Of a stretch of 50,280 bases of DNA, positions 9,238-17,735 are shown piece after piece. Origin of the DNA: Candidatus Saccharimonadota bacterium (GTDB lineage: Bacteria; Patescibacteriota; Saccharimonadia; JAGOAT01); assembly GCA_017983775.1 (NCBI GenBank), contig JAGOAT010000002.1:1-50280 (forward strand), given 5' to 3'. A program made the translations under genes and the position numbers. Numbering within the stretch: the stretch's first letter is position 1; every line of letters begins with the position of its first letter. Below the pieces are notes generated by a model. The model was not told the origin of the DNA. It did no database searches and saw only the letters and a program-made list of their open reading frames with translations.

Positions 9238-9279
9238 TAGTCTGTATTATCCAATTAAGTATCAAATATGGAGGGAACA

Positions 9280-9897
9280 ATGAAAGTAGCACTAACCAAA
9301 AAACAGCGTAAAGTCTTGGATTTTATCAATAAGTTTATCGAGAAAAATGGCTACTCACCATCTTTCCGTGAGATAGGCAGAGGCCTGAAGCTTAGCTCTG
9401 TAGCTACGGTTGCTCAACATATCAGAGCACTCGAAAAGAAGGGGATGATCAGCAAAGACAACAATGCAGCTAGGTCAATATTGCCAGTCGAGGATGATCA
9501 ATTATTGGAGAGTGGAATCTTTTTGCCTATCATGGGGAGCATTGCTGCTGGTACACCGATAGCTGCTGTGGCTGATGGGAGCGAGACACTCGAAGTACCA
9601 TCATTTATGATTAGTGGCAATAATAATTATGTTCTGAGGGTCAAGGGTCAGAGTATGATTGAAGATGGGATATTTGACGGAGACTATGTGGTGATCAAGG
9701 AGAATCAAGCTCCTAGAGATGGTGAAGTAGTAGTGGCCCTGATTGATGGTGGGGAAGTCACCCTCAAGAGGATTTACCATGAGACCAATAGGATTAGGCT
9801 TCAACCAGCCAATAGTAGCATGGAGCCAATCTATGTTGACAAGAAGACTAGCCTAGATATCCAGGGCGTAGTAGTAGGTGTGATTCGAAAGTATTAG
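9280..9897 (+). CDS. lexA: LexA repressor (SOS regulator, S24 self-cleaving peptidase)
   Basis: N-terminal wHTH (LTKKQRKVLDFI...GYSPSFREIG), cleavage region and catalytic VKGQSMIEDGI ... TLKR. I prefer ATG 9280, which is preceded by GGAGGG, to the track start 9268. Confidence 0.9.
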   Translation: MKVALTKKQRKVLDFINKFIEKNGYSPSFREIGRGLKLSSVATVAQHIRALEKKGMISKDNNAARSILPVEDDQLLESGIFLPIMGSIAAGTPIAAVADGSETLEVPSFMISGNNNYVLRVKGQSMIEDGIFDGDYVVIKENQAPRDGEVVVALIDGGEVTLKRIYHETNRIRLQPANSSMEPIYVDKKTSLDIQGVVVGVIRKY

Positions 9898-10099
9898 AAT
9901 AGTTTTTGGAGTGTAGATTCTGTATGACAAAAATAAATACACCATTGTGATTTCTAGATTCCTAGGCTTTATTTTCAGTAGAATATCGGAAAAAACTGAT
10001 AATGACAGGAACATAAAGGGCGGTATTATCAAGAATGGACTAATAGGAAAATGTAGCTACCAGTCATCTTCAGGGCAGAGATTGGGAGACTATTTAGTC

Positions 10100-10129
10100 T
10101 TAACATATTTGGCTAGAGCGTGTTATAAT
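10100..10129 (+). promoter_or_regulatory. Extended -10 promoter (TTAACA-18-TGtTATAAT) ending 7 nt before ATG 10137; possible leaderless transcript
   Basis: TATAAT lies at 10124-10129 and the ATG at 10137. No Shine-Dalgarno sequence fits between them. Confidence 0.35.
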
Positions 10130-10136
10130 ACCCCTG

Positions 10137-12797
10137 ATGAAACTTAAGAGGTTTGGTAAGCTGCTAATGAGGAGTGGATTGATCTCGCTATTGCTTTTGA
10201 TGCTTATCAACCTAGCTCTACCCTTGGTAGGTAATCCTAATCAGTATGCTAATAAGATCAATCAATTCTCTAAGCTTGTTCAGCCATTAGTACCAACTAG
10301 CTATGCAATTTGTGTGGTAGATGGTGAGACTGGAGATCAGGATAGTGTAGATGCATGCGATGATGCTGGTGGTGAGTGGGTAGATAGCCTGGATGATCAA
10401 GCGCAAAGCGAGATCGATACTTGTTATGCAGGAGGCTTTAGTCTGGGCTGGATTATGTGCCCAATCATTGAAGGGTTTACCGGTGTGCTTAATTTTGTAG
10501 AGACTCAAGTAGTTGATTCACTAGAGAATGATCCAAAAGGTATTGAGGGACTTCAAAATTCTTGGATAATCTTTCGTGATATTTCAGCTGGAGGAATGGT
10601 TTTGGTCATAGTCTTTATGATCTTGAGTAGTGTCTTGAAGCCAGCTGGGGATGCTGGGAAATCTTACAACCTTAAGCGAACAGTACCTAGACTATTTATT
10701 GCTTTTATCGGCATATACTTGTCCTTTATGATATCAAGCTTGATACTAGACATTGGCAATATTATGGGTGAAATTATCAAGACAGTGATGAAGGAGCTTC
10801 CAGGCTTTGATGGTGGTGAAGTTAGACTGCTTGATTACAGTGGGGCAGGTACGGGATTACTCAGGTCGGCTATCGATGCAGTAGTCCTTGGGTTTGGTGT
10901 TTATTTTTTAGTTACAGGCATGCTTGGTGCAGCAGCGATCGGAGTGTTGTTTTTATTTTTCACGGTTGCAATCAGGAAAATATTAGTAGTATTATTGGTG
11001 CTATTTTCTCCTATTGCATTTTTGTTATTTGTATTACCTCAAACAAATGGGATATACAAGAAATGGTTTGAAAACCTTTGGCGCTTGAGCTTGATGTATC
11101 CAATGGTGATAGCGATTATTTATGGTTCAGAGTACGTGTCTTTTATTATTGCACAGCAGAATGATAATAAGGGAGCAGTAACTGACTTATCTGCTTATAT
11201 CGGGTTTATTGTCAAGATAGCCCCACTTTTTATAATTCCAGCAACATTTAAGATGGCAGGGTCATTGCTCAGTTTTGCTGGGGGTAAGTTGAATAATTTA
11301 CAAAATAAAGGCACAGGGGTGGTTAATAAGGCTATTAAGGATACAGTTTCTCAGCCTACAAAAGAATTAATTCAAAGGAAAGCTGTAGGCATCGTAGATA
11401 ATCGCGAAGAAGGCAATAGTCGTCGGTTAAGATTTAAGAGAAAGGCTGCACGTTTAGCTTTTGGCCCGGGTGCTGTGTTTAGAGAAGGTGGTAATCTTAA
11501 TTATTCCAAGCAGAGACAGGCTGTGCTAGCCAAGAATGAAGAACTAGAAAAAGCTGATCAGGATCTGTTTGCCGATCAGTGGAATTTGGGCAAGGAAGAA
11601 AGGGATGCATTAAAAAACGCCTTAGCCAATGGAAGGTCTTATAATGTTGAGAGGGATGGCAAGATTGTAGATACCAAAGAACCAGCTTCATCGAAATCCC
11701 GTATTTACTTCAATCAAAGGAAGAATTCTACCATCCATGGCGTGAAAAATAGTGACCTCAGGGCTGTCGAGGAACTTCATATCAAGAAAACAATATTTGG
11801 AGATTCTGGAGACCATAAAGAAGAAAGATTTAGAGCTGCGATGGAAGTCTTGTATAAAGATAACCCACGTTTGGTGCAGAGTGAGATCGATAAATACTTC
11901 AGCGAAGGAACCTTGAATGCAGCTGGTATAGAGGAGGCGCGTACTTCTGCTGTATTATTAAACTATGTTATAGCAAACGAAGGAAAGTCAATCAAGGATA
12001 AGGCAGCCTTCATTGTGAAGCCACCTAGCTCACTGAAGCCTGAAGAGATCGCTACACAACAGGCGGCATCAATTGAATTGATGACACGGGGTCATATACT
12101 TGATGAAAGTGGTAGAAAGATCATGCCCAATTCTAATGACGTCAGGGCTGCCTTAGATGATCCGCAATTAGCACAATTCTTTACGGCAAAAACAAGAGCC
12201 ATGTGGGAAGATTTCCTGGCTACTAACCCTCCTACCAATACACGTCCTAGTGCATCAACATCGAATTCGGGAGCAAAACCAACTCCTGGCTCTAGCGCAC
12301 CAGGCTCTGCCACCAGATCAGGTACTACGAATGCTGCTGCCAACAGATCAGGTACCCAGGGCACTACCGCGTCTCCTGTTAATATTCCAGTACCACCATC
12401 TGTTTATGCTAGCCTAGATGTTAACCAAAAGATTTTGCAGGGTGATAGTGGATTATCTGATGCTGTTAGGCAGATCCCAAGTATGCCCCAGCGAGTCAGT
12501 ACTGTTATAGGCACTGCCCAGTCTATTAATAACGATACTTTGAGGAGGAACGCTAATGGCTCAAATCTGAGTAGAGAAATTGCCAGACAGGCAGACGCTG
12601 CTATGAGTAGTAGGAATATTTCAGGGATTAGTCAGATGAATGAGCAGCAATTTGTTGCTCAACATGGGGCTGATTTTGATACTCCAGCTGAGGCACAGAC
12701 TGCCTACCGACAATTAGATGCCATAATAAAAACTATGGACATAAGTCGAGATCAGACTACTGGCGAGATTATTAGTGCTGAGTTTAGGGTACCATAG
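10137..12797 (+). CDS. Large polytopic membrane protein (886 aa), unknown function; possible VirB6/TrbL-like architecture (low confidence)
   Basis: Signal/TM segment, then a Cys-containing acidic ectodomain, about 6-7 TM helices (residues ~150-390), and a ~490-aa hydrophilic tail with a Pro/Ser/Thr/Gly low-complexity stretch. Confidence 0.6.
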   Translation: MKLKRFGKLLMRSGLISLLLLMLINLALPLVGNPNQYANKINQFSKLVQPLVPTSYAICVVDGETGDQDSVDACDDAGGEWVDSLDDQAQSEIDTCYAGGFSLGWIMCPIIEGFTGVLNFVETQVVDSLENDPKGIEGLQNSWIIFRDISAGGMVLVIVFMILSSVLKPAGDAGKSYNLKRTVPRLFIAFIGIYLSFMISSLILDIGNIMGEIIKTVMKELPGFDGGEVRLLDYSGAGTGLLRSAIDAVVLGFGVYFLVTGMLGAAAIGVLFLFFTVAIRKILVVLLVLFSPIAFLLFVLPQTNGIYKKWFENLWRLSLMYPMVIAIIYGSEYVSFIIAQQNDNKGAVTDLSAYIGFIVKIAPLFIIPATFKMAGSLLSFAGGKLNNLQNKGTGVVNKAIKDTVSQPTKELIQRKAVGIVDNREEGNSRRLRFKRKAARLAFGPGAVFREGGNLNYSKQRQAVLAKNEELEKADQDLFADQWNLGKEERDALKNALANGRSYNVERDGKIVDTKEPASSKSRIYFNQRKNSTIHGVKNSDLRAVEELHIKKTIFGDSGDHKEERFRAAMEVLYKDNPRLVQSEIDKYFSEGTLNAAGIEEARTSAVLLNYVIANEGKSIKDKAAFIVKPPSSLKPEEIATQQAASIELMTRGHILDESGRKIMPNSNDVRAALDDPQLAQFFTAKTRAMWEDFLATNPPTNTRPSASTSNSGAKPTPGSSAPGSATRSGTTNAAANRSGTQGTTASPVNIPVPPSVYASLDVNQKILQGDSGLSDAVRQIPSMPQRVSTVIGTAQSINNDTLRRNANGSNLSREIARQADAAMSSRNISGISQMNEQQFVAQHGADFDTPAEAQTAYRQLDAIIKTMDISRDQTTGEIISAEFRVP

Positions 12798-12976
12798 CAT
12801 TTGATTGATAATTGATTTTGTGTTGATAAATCAGTTTGTTTTATAATACGTAATATCAATTTTTAGACCCTGGCATTAAAAGATTATTTGTAATTAGCTA
12901 GTCTTTTGCTACAATATAAGCATAAAGGGTATAACCTATCAAAATAAAGCAACCCAATAATTCAATAGGAGGATTA

Positions 12977-14110
12977 ATGACTACAGACAAGAAGCCCAGC
13001 ATTAGCAAAGCCGTCAAGACCCGTACGGTCGCAAGTGCTTCAAGAAAACCGACAAGTACTCCCAGCACACCAGTTCGAATTGTCAGTCAGACAAAAGCAG
13101 ATCAGGCAGTAAATGCTCAATTGGGTTCGAATAATTCACCCCAAAAATCAAACAATAAAAAAGTACTGTGGATAGTATCAGTTATTGTTGCACTGCTAAT
13201 TGTGATTTTAGGGTATTTTCTAGTTAGGAATTTTAGGACTCAAAGGTTTATTGAAAAATCTTGGCATCAGGTTGTTCTTGGCGCAGATAAGTTATCCAAT
13301 GAGGTAACGATAGATATTAGAGATGATCAGATAGAAGAGAGTATTATGCTCGCTAATGATCTGAAATTGACTATCAAGGATCAAAGTTTTGCTAGTGGTA
13401 ATAAGACAGCAATTTTTAATAATTCCACAGAATTAAAGCGTTATCAGGAATTACTTGGTCAGGTTGACCAATATAACAATCAGATTATCGAGAATATCGA
13501 AGCTGATAGCCTTGATCGAAACAAACTAGAAGCTCTGGCTAATGCTGGAGAAAATCTCAAGAATTATTTGGATTCCAAGCTTTCGGAATTCAAGTTTATT
13601 AGCGAAAAGATCAGTGACGATTACTATATGGTCGACCAGGATTTGATTGATAAGCTAGAACAAGAAGAGATAGAGGCAGGAGAGCAGCAGGCTAGTCAAG
13701 AAGCTGAAGCTCAAGCAGAGGCTCAGAGTCAAGCTGATCAGGATCAGGCTCAATCTAATGTCTTGTCCTTTGTTGAGGCAATGAAAAATCGTAATACTTC
13801 TGATACTCCAGCTGGCATGAAGTACTATATGACCAATGCCTATATCCAGGAGTTCGGTCAGCCCGAGTTTGATCGGATTACCAATCCAGATGATAGTTAT
13901 TCGGTCAATGATATCAGTAGTTACCGGATAGTTGGCACAGAAGCCTTGGATAATTCAGCTGGCTATCGAGTATCTGTCAGTGTTGGGTATCATGTCGAGT
14001 ATACCGATAGTGATTCGGTATATGATTACACCAGTACGATTGTCTACCGTGTAATCAAAAGCGAATATAATAATCGCTGGGAAGTAGATGGCATCATTCC
14101 AGGTAACTAA
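12977..14110 (+). CDS. Bitopic membrane protein (377 aa) with a coiled-coil/acidic region and a compact C-terminal domain; unknown function
   Basis: Good RBS (AGGAGGATTAATG). It has a basic N-terminal tail, one TM (VLWIVSVIVALLIVILGYFLV), a Q/E/A-rich stretch and a beta-rich C-terminal ~110 aa. Confidence 0.6.
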   Translation: MTTDKKPSISKAVKTRTVASASRKPTSTPSTPVRIVSQTKADQAVNAQLGSNNSPQKSNNKKVLWIVSVIVALLIVILGYFLVRNFRTQRFIEKSWHQVVLGADKLSNEVTIDIRDDQIEESIMLANDLKLTIKDQSFASGNKTAIFNNSTELKRYQELLGQVDQYNNQIIENIEADSLDRNKLEALANAGENLKNYLDSKLSEFKFISEKISDDYYMVDQDLIDKLEQEEIEAGEQQASQEAEAQAEAQSQADQDQAQSNVLSFVEAMKNRNTSDTPAGMKYYMTNAYIQEFGQPEFDRITNPDDSYSVNDISSYRIVGTEALDNSAGYRVSVSVGYHVEYTDSDSVYDYTSTIVYRVIKSEYNNRWEVDGIIPGN

Positions 14111-14165
14111 TAGAATCTTACTCCTACAAATAAGTATAATTAGACTTCGAGGATGCTAAGAAAGG

Positions 14166-15377
14166 TCATAGCCATTCAGGGTTTGGCTGAGACCAGCCAA
14201 TGTATTGGCCAAGTCCAGGCATCTTAATATCAACGACCATCACTGCTGGTCCTGTGCTGACAAACTGACCATTGCCGATTGAAATCATCACATGACCAGC
14301 TGGTATGTTGCTAGTAGGCCCGAAGAAGGCAAAGGCGCCGGGTGGGACATCTTGATTTTGATGGATCATCCCCCTTCTATTCATTTCGAGAAAATGATCG
14401 TAGGCAGTATGATAACCACTAAAAGTCCTGCCATAAGCAAGAGCAACAAACCGATCACACCAGCCGTTCCAAGGACGACCATTGTCCGGTTGATAGGCTT
14501 TGCCAACTTGAGCTTTCGCCCAATCTACTGCCATTCGAATTTTTGGGTGGATATCTGTAAGATTTGGATCATTGTTAGGGGTAGAAGAGTTTGAGCTAGT
14601 CTTGTCGGTAGTAGCTTGCTTGTCTCTTGGGTCAATTCCAGTATAAACACCACTGGCTATTGCTTCATCGATTTTTGCCTGAGTAATCTGATCATTAATC
14701 TTGTCATATTTTGCTCTAGTTTCCTCGCTAGTTTGTTTGCTGGTTGATTTAGTGGGAGATTGAGAATCTTGACCCGGGGTTGAACCTTTAGATAGTTGAT
14801 CTTGAGTTTTTTCGCTTTTCGGACATGATACTTTGCCAGTAATCTGGTATTTGGCTAGCTGATGATAGTCATTAGATTTTGGGTTGGATTTCTTGAGCTT
14901 ATTAGTGCAGGTTAGGCCCGATTTATCGATCAGTAGAAGTTGCTCCTGGTAAATGAGATAATCCTGATCGTCTATAGTAATTACCTGTAATTCTTCAACT
15001 TTTTTGTCTCTTTCACCTTTTTCACGATTGACTCTAGCTAGTCGAAAATCACCATCTTCTTCTGTTAATTGATGTGGGTCGAGTCGATCTTGGCAATCAG
15101 GAAGTTGTTGAGTATTCTGACTTGGTTCAATCAGACCTCCATCGTCAAGTAATATCCAACCCTCACTATTAAGCTTGCAACTAGCGATGATACTAAGGTT
15201 TGCAGGGATGGTGTAGCTAACTGCGAGTTTAGTATCGGGACCACGAAAGACTAATTGATCCGTCTGGGGACTAATTTCAATTAGTTGATTTGTTGGGACA
15301 TTGTCTTGATTGGCAATTGCAATACTTGTGCCAAATACTAGACTTATCACTACTAATAATAGCTTTTTGGGCATCAT
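14166..15377 (-). CDS. Secreted protein with a C-terminal papain-like (NlpC/P60/CHAP-superfamily) cell-wall hydrolase domain
   Basis: Signal peptide MMPKKLLLVVISLVFGTSIAIA and a Ser/Thr/Lys/Gln linker. The C-terminal WNGWCDRFVALAYG ... AGHVMISIGNG gives a Cys...His catalytic pattern. Confidence 0.6.
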   Translation of the reverse strand: MMPKKLLLVVISLVFGTSIAIANQDNVPTNQLIEISPQTDQLVFRGPDTKLAVSYTIPANLSIIASCKLNSEGWILLDDGGLIEPSQNTQQLPDCQDRLDPHQLTEEDGDFRLARVNREKGERDKKVEELQVITIDDQDYLIYQEQLLLIDKSGLTCTNKLKKSNPKSNDYHQLAKYQITGKVSCPKSEKTQDQLSKGSTPGQDSQSPTKSTSKQTSEETRAKYDKINDQITQAKIDEAIASGVYTGIDPRDKQATTDKTSSNSSTPNNDPNLTDIHPKIRMAVDWAKAQVGKAYQPDNGRPWNGWCDRFVALAYGRTFSGYHTAYDHFLEMNRRGMIHQNQDVPPGAFAFFGPTSNIPAGHVMISIGNGQFVSTGPAVMVVDIKMPGLGQYIGWSQPNPEWL

Positions 15378-15516
15378 TACACCTCCGTGACAATCTAATC
15401 CAATTGTCTAGTTAATAATATATAAAAAATAAATTACTTCTATAGTAGAGGTTATTTTTATGACTTGCAAGCATAAGTAGGATGATTTTAGGTCAATATT
15501 AAGTTAAAATAAGACT

Positions 15517-16650
15517 ATGAAGATACTGATTGATGGGCGGATGATCAAGGGAACTGGAATAGGACGATATATTGATCAATTAGTTAGGGAATTGGTTGAT
15601 CAGGATAAGAACAATAAGTATCTTTTACTAGTGCTAGAGAAAGATAAGGACTCGATTGATATTGAAGCAGACAATCTTGAGCTAGTGGTTTGTGATATTA
15701 GTTGGTATAGCTTAGGTGAGCAAAGCGAATTATTAAGAGTTATCACTACCTTTAGGCCTGATTTGGTACATTTTGCAAACTTTAATTTTCCAGTCAGATA
15801 TAAGGGTAGATTTGTGATGACTATCCATGATTTGACACTTTGGCGTTATCGCAATACCAAATCTGGTCTCAAGCGCTTCATTGATCCCTTGAGATCACAG
15901 GTAATGCGTTGGATGGTTAAGCGTGGTGCGAAGAGGGCTGAAAAAATATTTTGTCCAAGTGAGTTTGTTAAATCAGATCTAGTAGAGACACTTGGTATTG
16001 ATCCGGATAAGATAGTAGTGACCAAGCTGGCTGGCTTTGGCAAAAAAGTTGCAAAAACAGATATCAGAGTGGATCTAAGGCAGTATGGGATCAATCGTCC
16101 ATATTTATTGTATGTTGGAAATCTATACCTTAATAAGAATATTGAAAGACTAATAGTAGTCTTGGCCCGTCTTGTGATTGAAGCCAAGCTAGATATTCAA
16201 TTGGTCTTGGTTGGCAAAAAGACAATCTATCATCAAAGGTTGGAGCAGATTGTCTTGGAGGCTGAGCTACATGAGAGAGTGATTTTTACAGATTACTTAG
16301 ATGATCAAACTCTCTTGGGGGTCTATAAACAGGCCCTATGCTACACCTTTCCATCTTTGTCGGAAGGTTTTGGCTTGCCAATTTTGGAGGCTATGAATCA
16401 GGATTTGCCAGTTGTCTGTTCGTCGACGACTTCGGTCGGAGAAATAGGAGGCTATGCTGTAGAAAGTTTTAACCCAACAGATATTGATGATATGTATCAA
16501 AAGATTCTATCGGTATTAGAGTCTCCAGATCGTCGAGAGGAGTTAATTTTGCTTGGACGCAAACGTGTCAAACAGTTCTCTTGGCAAGATACTGCAAGTA
16601 AGACCCTGGAGGTTTATAGGCAAGTCTTAGAAGTTGCCAGTAGTGATTAA
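15517..16650 (+). CDS. Glycosyltransferase family 4 (GT-B)
   Basis: 377 aa, C-terminal PSLSEGFGLPILEAM (E-x7-E motif). Confidence 0.85.
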   Translation: MKILIDGRMIKGTGIGRYIDQLVRELVDQDKNNKYLLLVLEKDKDSIDIEADNLELVVCDISWYSLGEQSELLRVITTFRPDLVHFANFNFPVRYKGRFVMTIHDLTLWRYRNTKSGLKRFIDPLRSQVMRWMVKRGAKRAEKIFCPSEFVKSDLVETLGIDPDKIVVTKLAGFGKKVAKTDIRVDLRQYGINRPYLLYVGNLYLNKNIERLIVVLARLVIEAKLDIQLVLVGKKTIYHQRLEQIVLEAELHERVIFTDYLDDQTLLGVYKQALCYTFPSLSEGFGLPILEAMNQDLPVVCSSTTSVGEIGGYAVESFNPTDIDDMYQKILSVLESPDRREELILLGRKRVKQFSWQDTASKTLEVYRQVLEVASSD

Positions 16651-16787
16651 ATATAAATACTGATCTTTTGATAGATTCCGCTGGCGCCATGGGGGATATT
16701 GTTAACTTTATTTTTTAGGCCTATTTTTGACAGAGTTGCAAAAGAGTGAGATTATAATCTATGACAATATTTAACTAGGAGGGTCTG

Positions 16788-17210
16788 GTGGATGTAGAGA
16801 TCAATTATTTAGCAGTTTTGCTAGCCAGTATAGTTCAGTTTGTGATTGGAGCTATCTGGTATATGCCGATTTTTGGTAATTTGTGGGGTAAGATTCACGG
16901 ATTTGAAAAATTAGAAAAGACAGTTCAGAAGGAAATGCAAAATAATATGATGCCAATGTTGGTTGTCCAATTTGTTTTAAATTTTATCCTGGCTACCGTT
17001 TTAGCACACTTCATTGACCAGGTTGATCAGAGCTGGTACAAGATTGCAATCTGGGTTTGGTCTGGGTTTGTAGTTACCACTCAAGCCTCCTCAGTAATTT
17101 TTGGGGCAACTCCAAAAAAGTGGCAACTCAAGAAAGTACTAGTGATGGCCGGTGCTTCACTAGTTGAGATCTTGGCTGCTGCTTGGATTATTAGTCTGTT
17201 CTTAGGGTAG
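16788..17210 (+). CDS. DUF1761-like small membrane protein
   Basis: GTG start 5 nt after AGGAGG. The N-terminal YLAVLLASIVQFVIGAIWYMPIFGNLW is typical of DUF1761. Four TM helices. Confidence 0.6.
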   Translation: MDVEINYLAVLLASIVQFVIGAIWYMPIFGNLWGKIHGFEKLEKTVQKEMQNNMMPMLVVQFVLNFILATVLAHFIDQVDQSWYKIAIWVWSGFVVTTQASSVIFGATPKKWQLKKVLVMAGASLVEILAAAWIISLFLG

Positions 17211-17218
17211 ATTGGAAT

Positions 17219-17728
17219 ATGTTCAATGAGGTCAAAGTCAGACTGACCTGGCTTATAATCGGCCTAATTGCTAGTCTGTTAACGGCGGGACTGATTAATA
17301 ATTTTGATCAGGTACTGGATCGTAATCTGGTATTGGCATCTTTTATCCCTCTGATAGTCTATATGAGCGATGCTGTGGGTACGCAGATGGAGGCGATGAT
17401 TATTCGCGAACTAAATAACAATGAGAAACTCAACTTTGGCAATTTCTTCAAAAGGCAGCTCCTAGTGGTAAGTACGATTGGGGTAATCATTGCTAGTATC
17501 GCTACAGGAATTGTTGGAGTCTGGAAATCTGATTTTGATCTAGCAATAGTGGTTGGCATCTCATTATTATCTGGTATCTTGACTTCACTTGTCACGGGGG
17601 CGGTGATGCCATATTTCTTCTGGAGGCTTCATCAAGATCCAGCTGAAGCAAGTGGACCTGTAGCTACTGTAATCCAAGATTTCTTGAGTGTTTTGGTATT
17701 TTTTCTAATCGCTTCTATTTTGCTATAA
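17219..17728 (+). CDS. MgtE-type divalent-cation transporter, transmembrane domain only
   Basis: FIPLIVYMSDAVGTQ and DPAEASGPVATVIQDFLSVLVFF match the MgtE TM domain. At 169 aa it lacks the N-terminal and CBS cytosolic domains. Confidence 0.7.
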   Translation: MFNEVKVRLTWLIIGLIASLLTAGLINNFDQVLDRNLVLASFIPLIVYMSDAVGTQMEAMIIRELNNNEKLNFGNFFKRQLLVVSTIGVIIASIATGIVGVWKSDFDLAIVVGISLLSGILTSLVTGAVMPYFFWRLHQDPAEASGPVATVIQDFLSVLVFFLIASILL

Positions 17729-17735
17729 TATCTAT

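Noticed and set aside
9121-9267. Canonical LexA operator (CGAAC-N4-GTTCG or CTGT-N8-ACAG)
   Set aside because: Only half-site-like fragments are present (GAACAC at 9141-9146, ATGTTCG at 9224-9230, CTGTAT at 9149-9154 and 9242-9247). No full palindrome of either type is present, so no operator is annotated.
9947-10147. 66-aa ORF upstream of the 886-aa membrane protein
   Set aside because: It overlaps the predicted promoter and the start of the next gene, and it has no RBS and no recognisable features.
14141-14160. Shared TAGACTTCGAG(G/A)ATG string at 14144-14158 and 19716-19730
   Set aside because: An 11-nt exact match plus a few more bases is within chance expectation for all-against-all comparison of 50 kb, and the flanks do not align.
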